A DNA stretch of 64,000 bases from Candidatus Poribacteria bacterium (lineage in GTDB: Bacteria > Poribacteria > WGA-4E > GCA-2687025): the NCBI GenBank assembly GCA_963665845.2, contig OY762492.1:1376001-1440000 (forward strand), read 5' to 3'. The notes below the pieces were generated by a model. It saw only the letters and a program-made list of their open reading frames with translations. It was not told the origin of the DNA and searched no databases. Numbering within the stretch: position 1 is the first letter of the stretch; each line of letters opens with the position of its first letter. A program made the position numbers and the translations under genes. Of this stretch, positions 62,835-64,000 are shown in pieces.

Positions 62835-63472
62835 CGCAAACGAATCTCGACAACCTGCCCGCCATACTGAACGCGCTGGACGAGGCGTACCCCGATTCCG
62901 AGTGCGCGCTTCATTTCAGCAATGTCTATCAGCTGATTTCCGCCGTGATCCTGTCCGCGCAATGCACAGACAAGATGGTCAATCAGGTCACGCCCGCGCT
63001 GTTTGAGCGGTATCCTTCCGTTCATGATCTCGCGGAGGCGGAGCTGGAGGAGCTGGAGCGGATCATCTACCGAACAGGCTTTTACCGCAACAAGTCGAAG
63101 CATCTGAAAGGCATGGCGCAAAAAGTGGTCAACCAGTTCAACGGTGAAATACCGGACAACCTGCCCGACCTGATGAGCCTGCCGGGCGTCGCGCGCAAGA
63201 CGGGTAACGTCGTCATGAATGTCTGGCACAACGAAGCGAGCGGCATCGTCGTTGACACGCACGTCGGGCGCATCAGCCGCCTGCTTGGGCTGGCGTCCGG
63301 CAAAAGCGCCGATAAAATCGCCGTTGAGCTGGAAGCGGTCGTCCCGCGCGACCACTGGATACGGTTCTCCATGCAGTTGATTGACCATGGGCGCGCCGTC
63401 TGCATCGCGCGGCGCCCGCAATGCGCCGAATGCCAACTCCGCGCCTTATGCCCCAGCGCCTCCGACGACTAG
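62831..63472 (+). CDS. nth: Endonuclease III
   Basis: LSAQCTD, LPGVARKT HhH motif, VDTHV, CX6CX2CX5C. Confidence 0.96.
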   Translation: MTQTNLDNLPAILNALDEAYPDSECALHFSNVYQLISAVILSAQCTDKMVNQVTPALFERYPSVHDLAEAELEELERIIYRTGFYRNKSKHLKGMAQKVVNQFNGEIPDNLPDLMSLPGVARKTGNVVMNVWHNEASGIVVDTHVGRISRLLGLASGKSADKIAVELEAVVPRDHWIRFSMQLIDHGRAVCIARRPQCAECQLRALCPSASDD

Positions 63473-63529
63473 AAGTACACGTTATATAGTACGTACGCAG
63501 CAGCGAGCCGACATCGGAAAGGAAGAAAC

Positions 63530-64000
63530 ATGAACGCCGCAGATAAACTGGCAATCGACGGCGGAAAGCCTGTCATAACGGAAGGGCTGCCCGGCGGCGC
63601 GGCCGCCTTGAGCCTCATGGACGACGAGGAGATCGAAGCCGCCGCCCGCGTGATCCGCTCCCGCAAACTGTTTCGGTTCAGCGATCATCAAAACTCCGAA
63701 TGCTCCCTGTTTGAACGGGAAGCGTGCGAGTATATCGGATGTAAATACGGGTTGATGGTGAACTCCGGGACGAACGCGATCTTGGCGGGGCTGGTCGGTT
63801 TAGGCGTCGGACCCGGCGACGAGGTGATCGTCCCGGCATACACCTACATTGCGACGGCGGCGGCCGTTGTCGCGGCGGGAGCGGTCCCCGTCATCGCCGA
63901 AATCGACGAATCGCTTGGGCTTGACCCTGAAGACGTTGAGCGCAAAATCACGCCGCATACGAAGTGCGTCCTGCCTGTTCATATGCAGGGCGTCCCCGCG
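63530..64000 (+). CDS. DegT/DnrJ/EryC1/StrS aminotransferase (runs off window edge)
   Basis: KLAIDGGKP, VNSGTNA, GPGDEVIVP.YT..AT, PVHMQG. Confidence 0.9.
   Translation, partial: MNAADKLAIDGGKPVITEGLPGGAAALSLMDDEEIEAAARVIRSRKLFRFSDHQNSECSLFEREACEYIGCKYGLMVNSGTNAILAGLVGLGVGPGDEVIVPAYTYIATAAAVVAAGAVPVIAEIDESLGLDPEDVERKITPHTKCVLPVHMQGVPA

Overview
GC-rich bacterial chromosomal segment, probably from a Poribacteria-like lineage. This is inferred from secreted proteins ending in a 'V.P.GKL..TW..LK' tail and from a 16S rRNA with many mismatches to universal primers. Housekeeping content: a partial dcw cluster (murD-ftsW-murG-murC-murB), proS, leuB, recO, heme genes (hemA, fused ahbAB, ChdC/Cld-like), thrC, gpmA, a GGGP synthase, mqnB/mqnD, rlmD, a complete minus-strand rRNA operon (16S-tRNA-Ile-tRNA-Ala-23S-5S), rsmD and nth. 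The three main signals are absent from the ORF track. (1) A Ro60/TROVE gene (31479-33074) is flanked by three Y-RNA-like ncRNAs that share one Ro-binding stem. The downstream RNA is a circularly permuted tRNA mimic (YrlA type). The two upstream RNAs each have a copy of a duplicated promoter and carry different apical domains. No rtcB/rtcR is seen in the window. (2) A 29-codon leader ORF with 7 Met codons lies upstream of thrC and can pair with the thrC initiation region, a candidate methionine-sensing attenuator. (3) An OsmC-family gene has an in-frame UGA at the second catalytic Cys position followed by a SECIS-like hairpin, so it is a probable selenoprotein. Intergenic regions carry a modular ATTCCC-N8-GGGAAT/MITE-like repeat family. 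All calls are from manual reading; no database searches were run.
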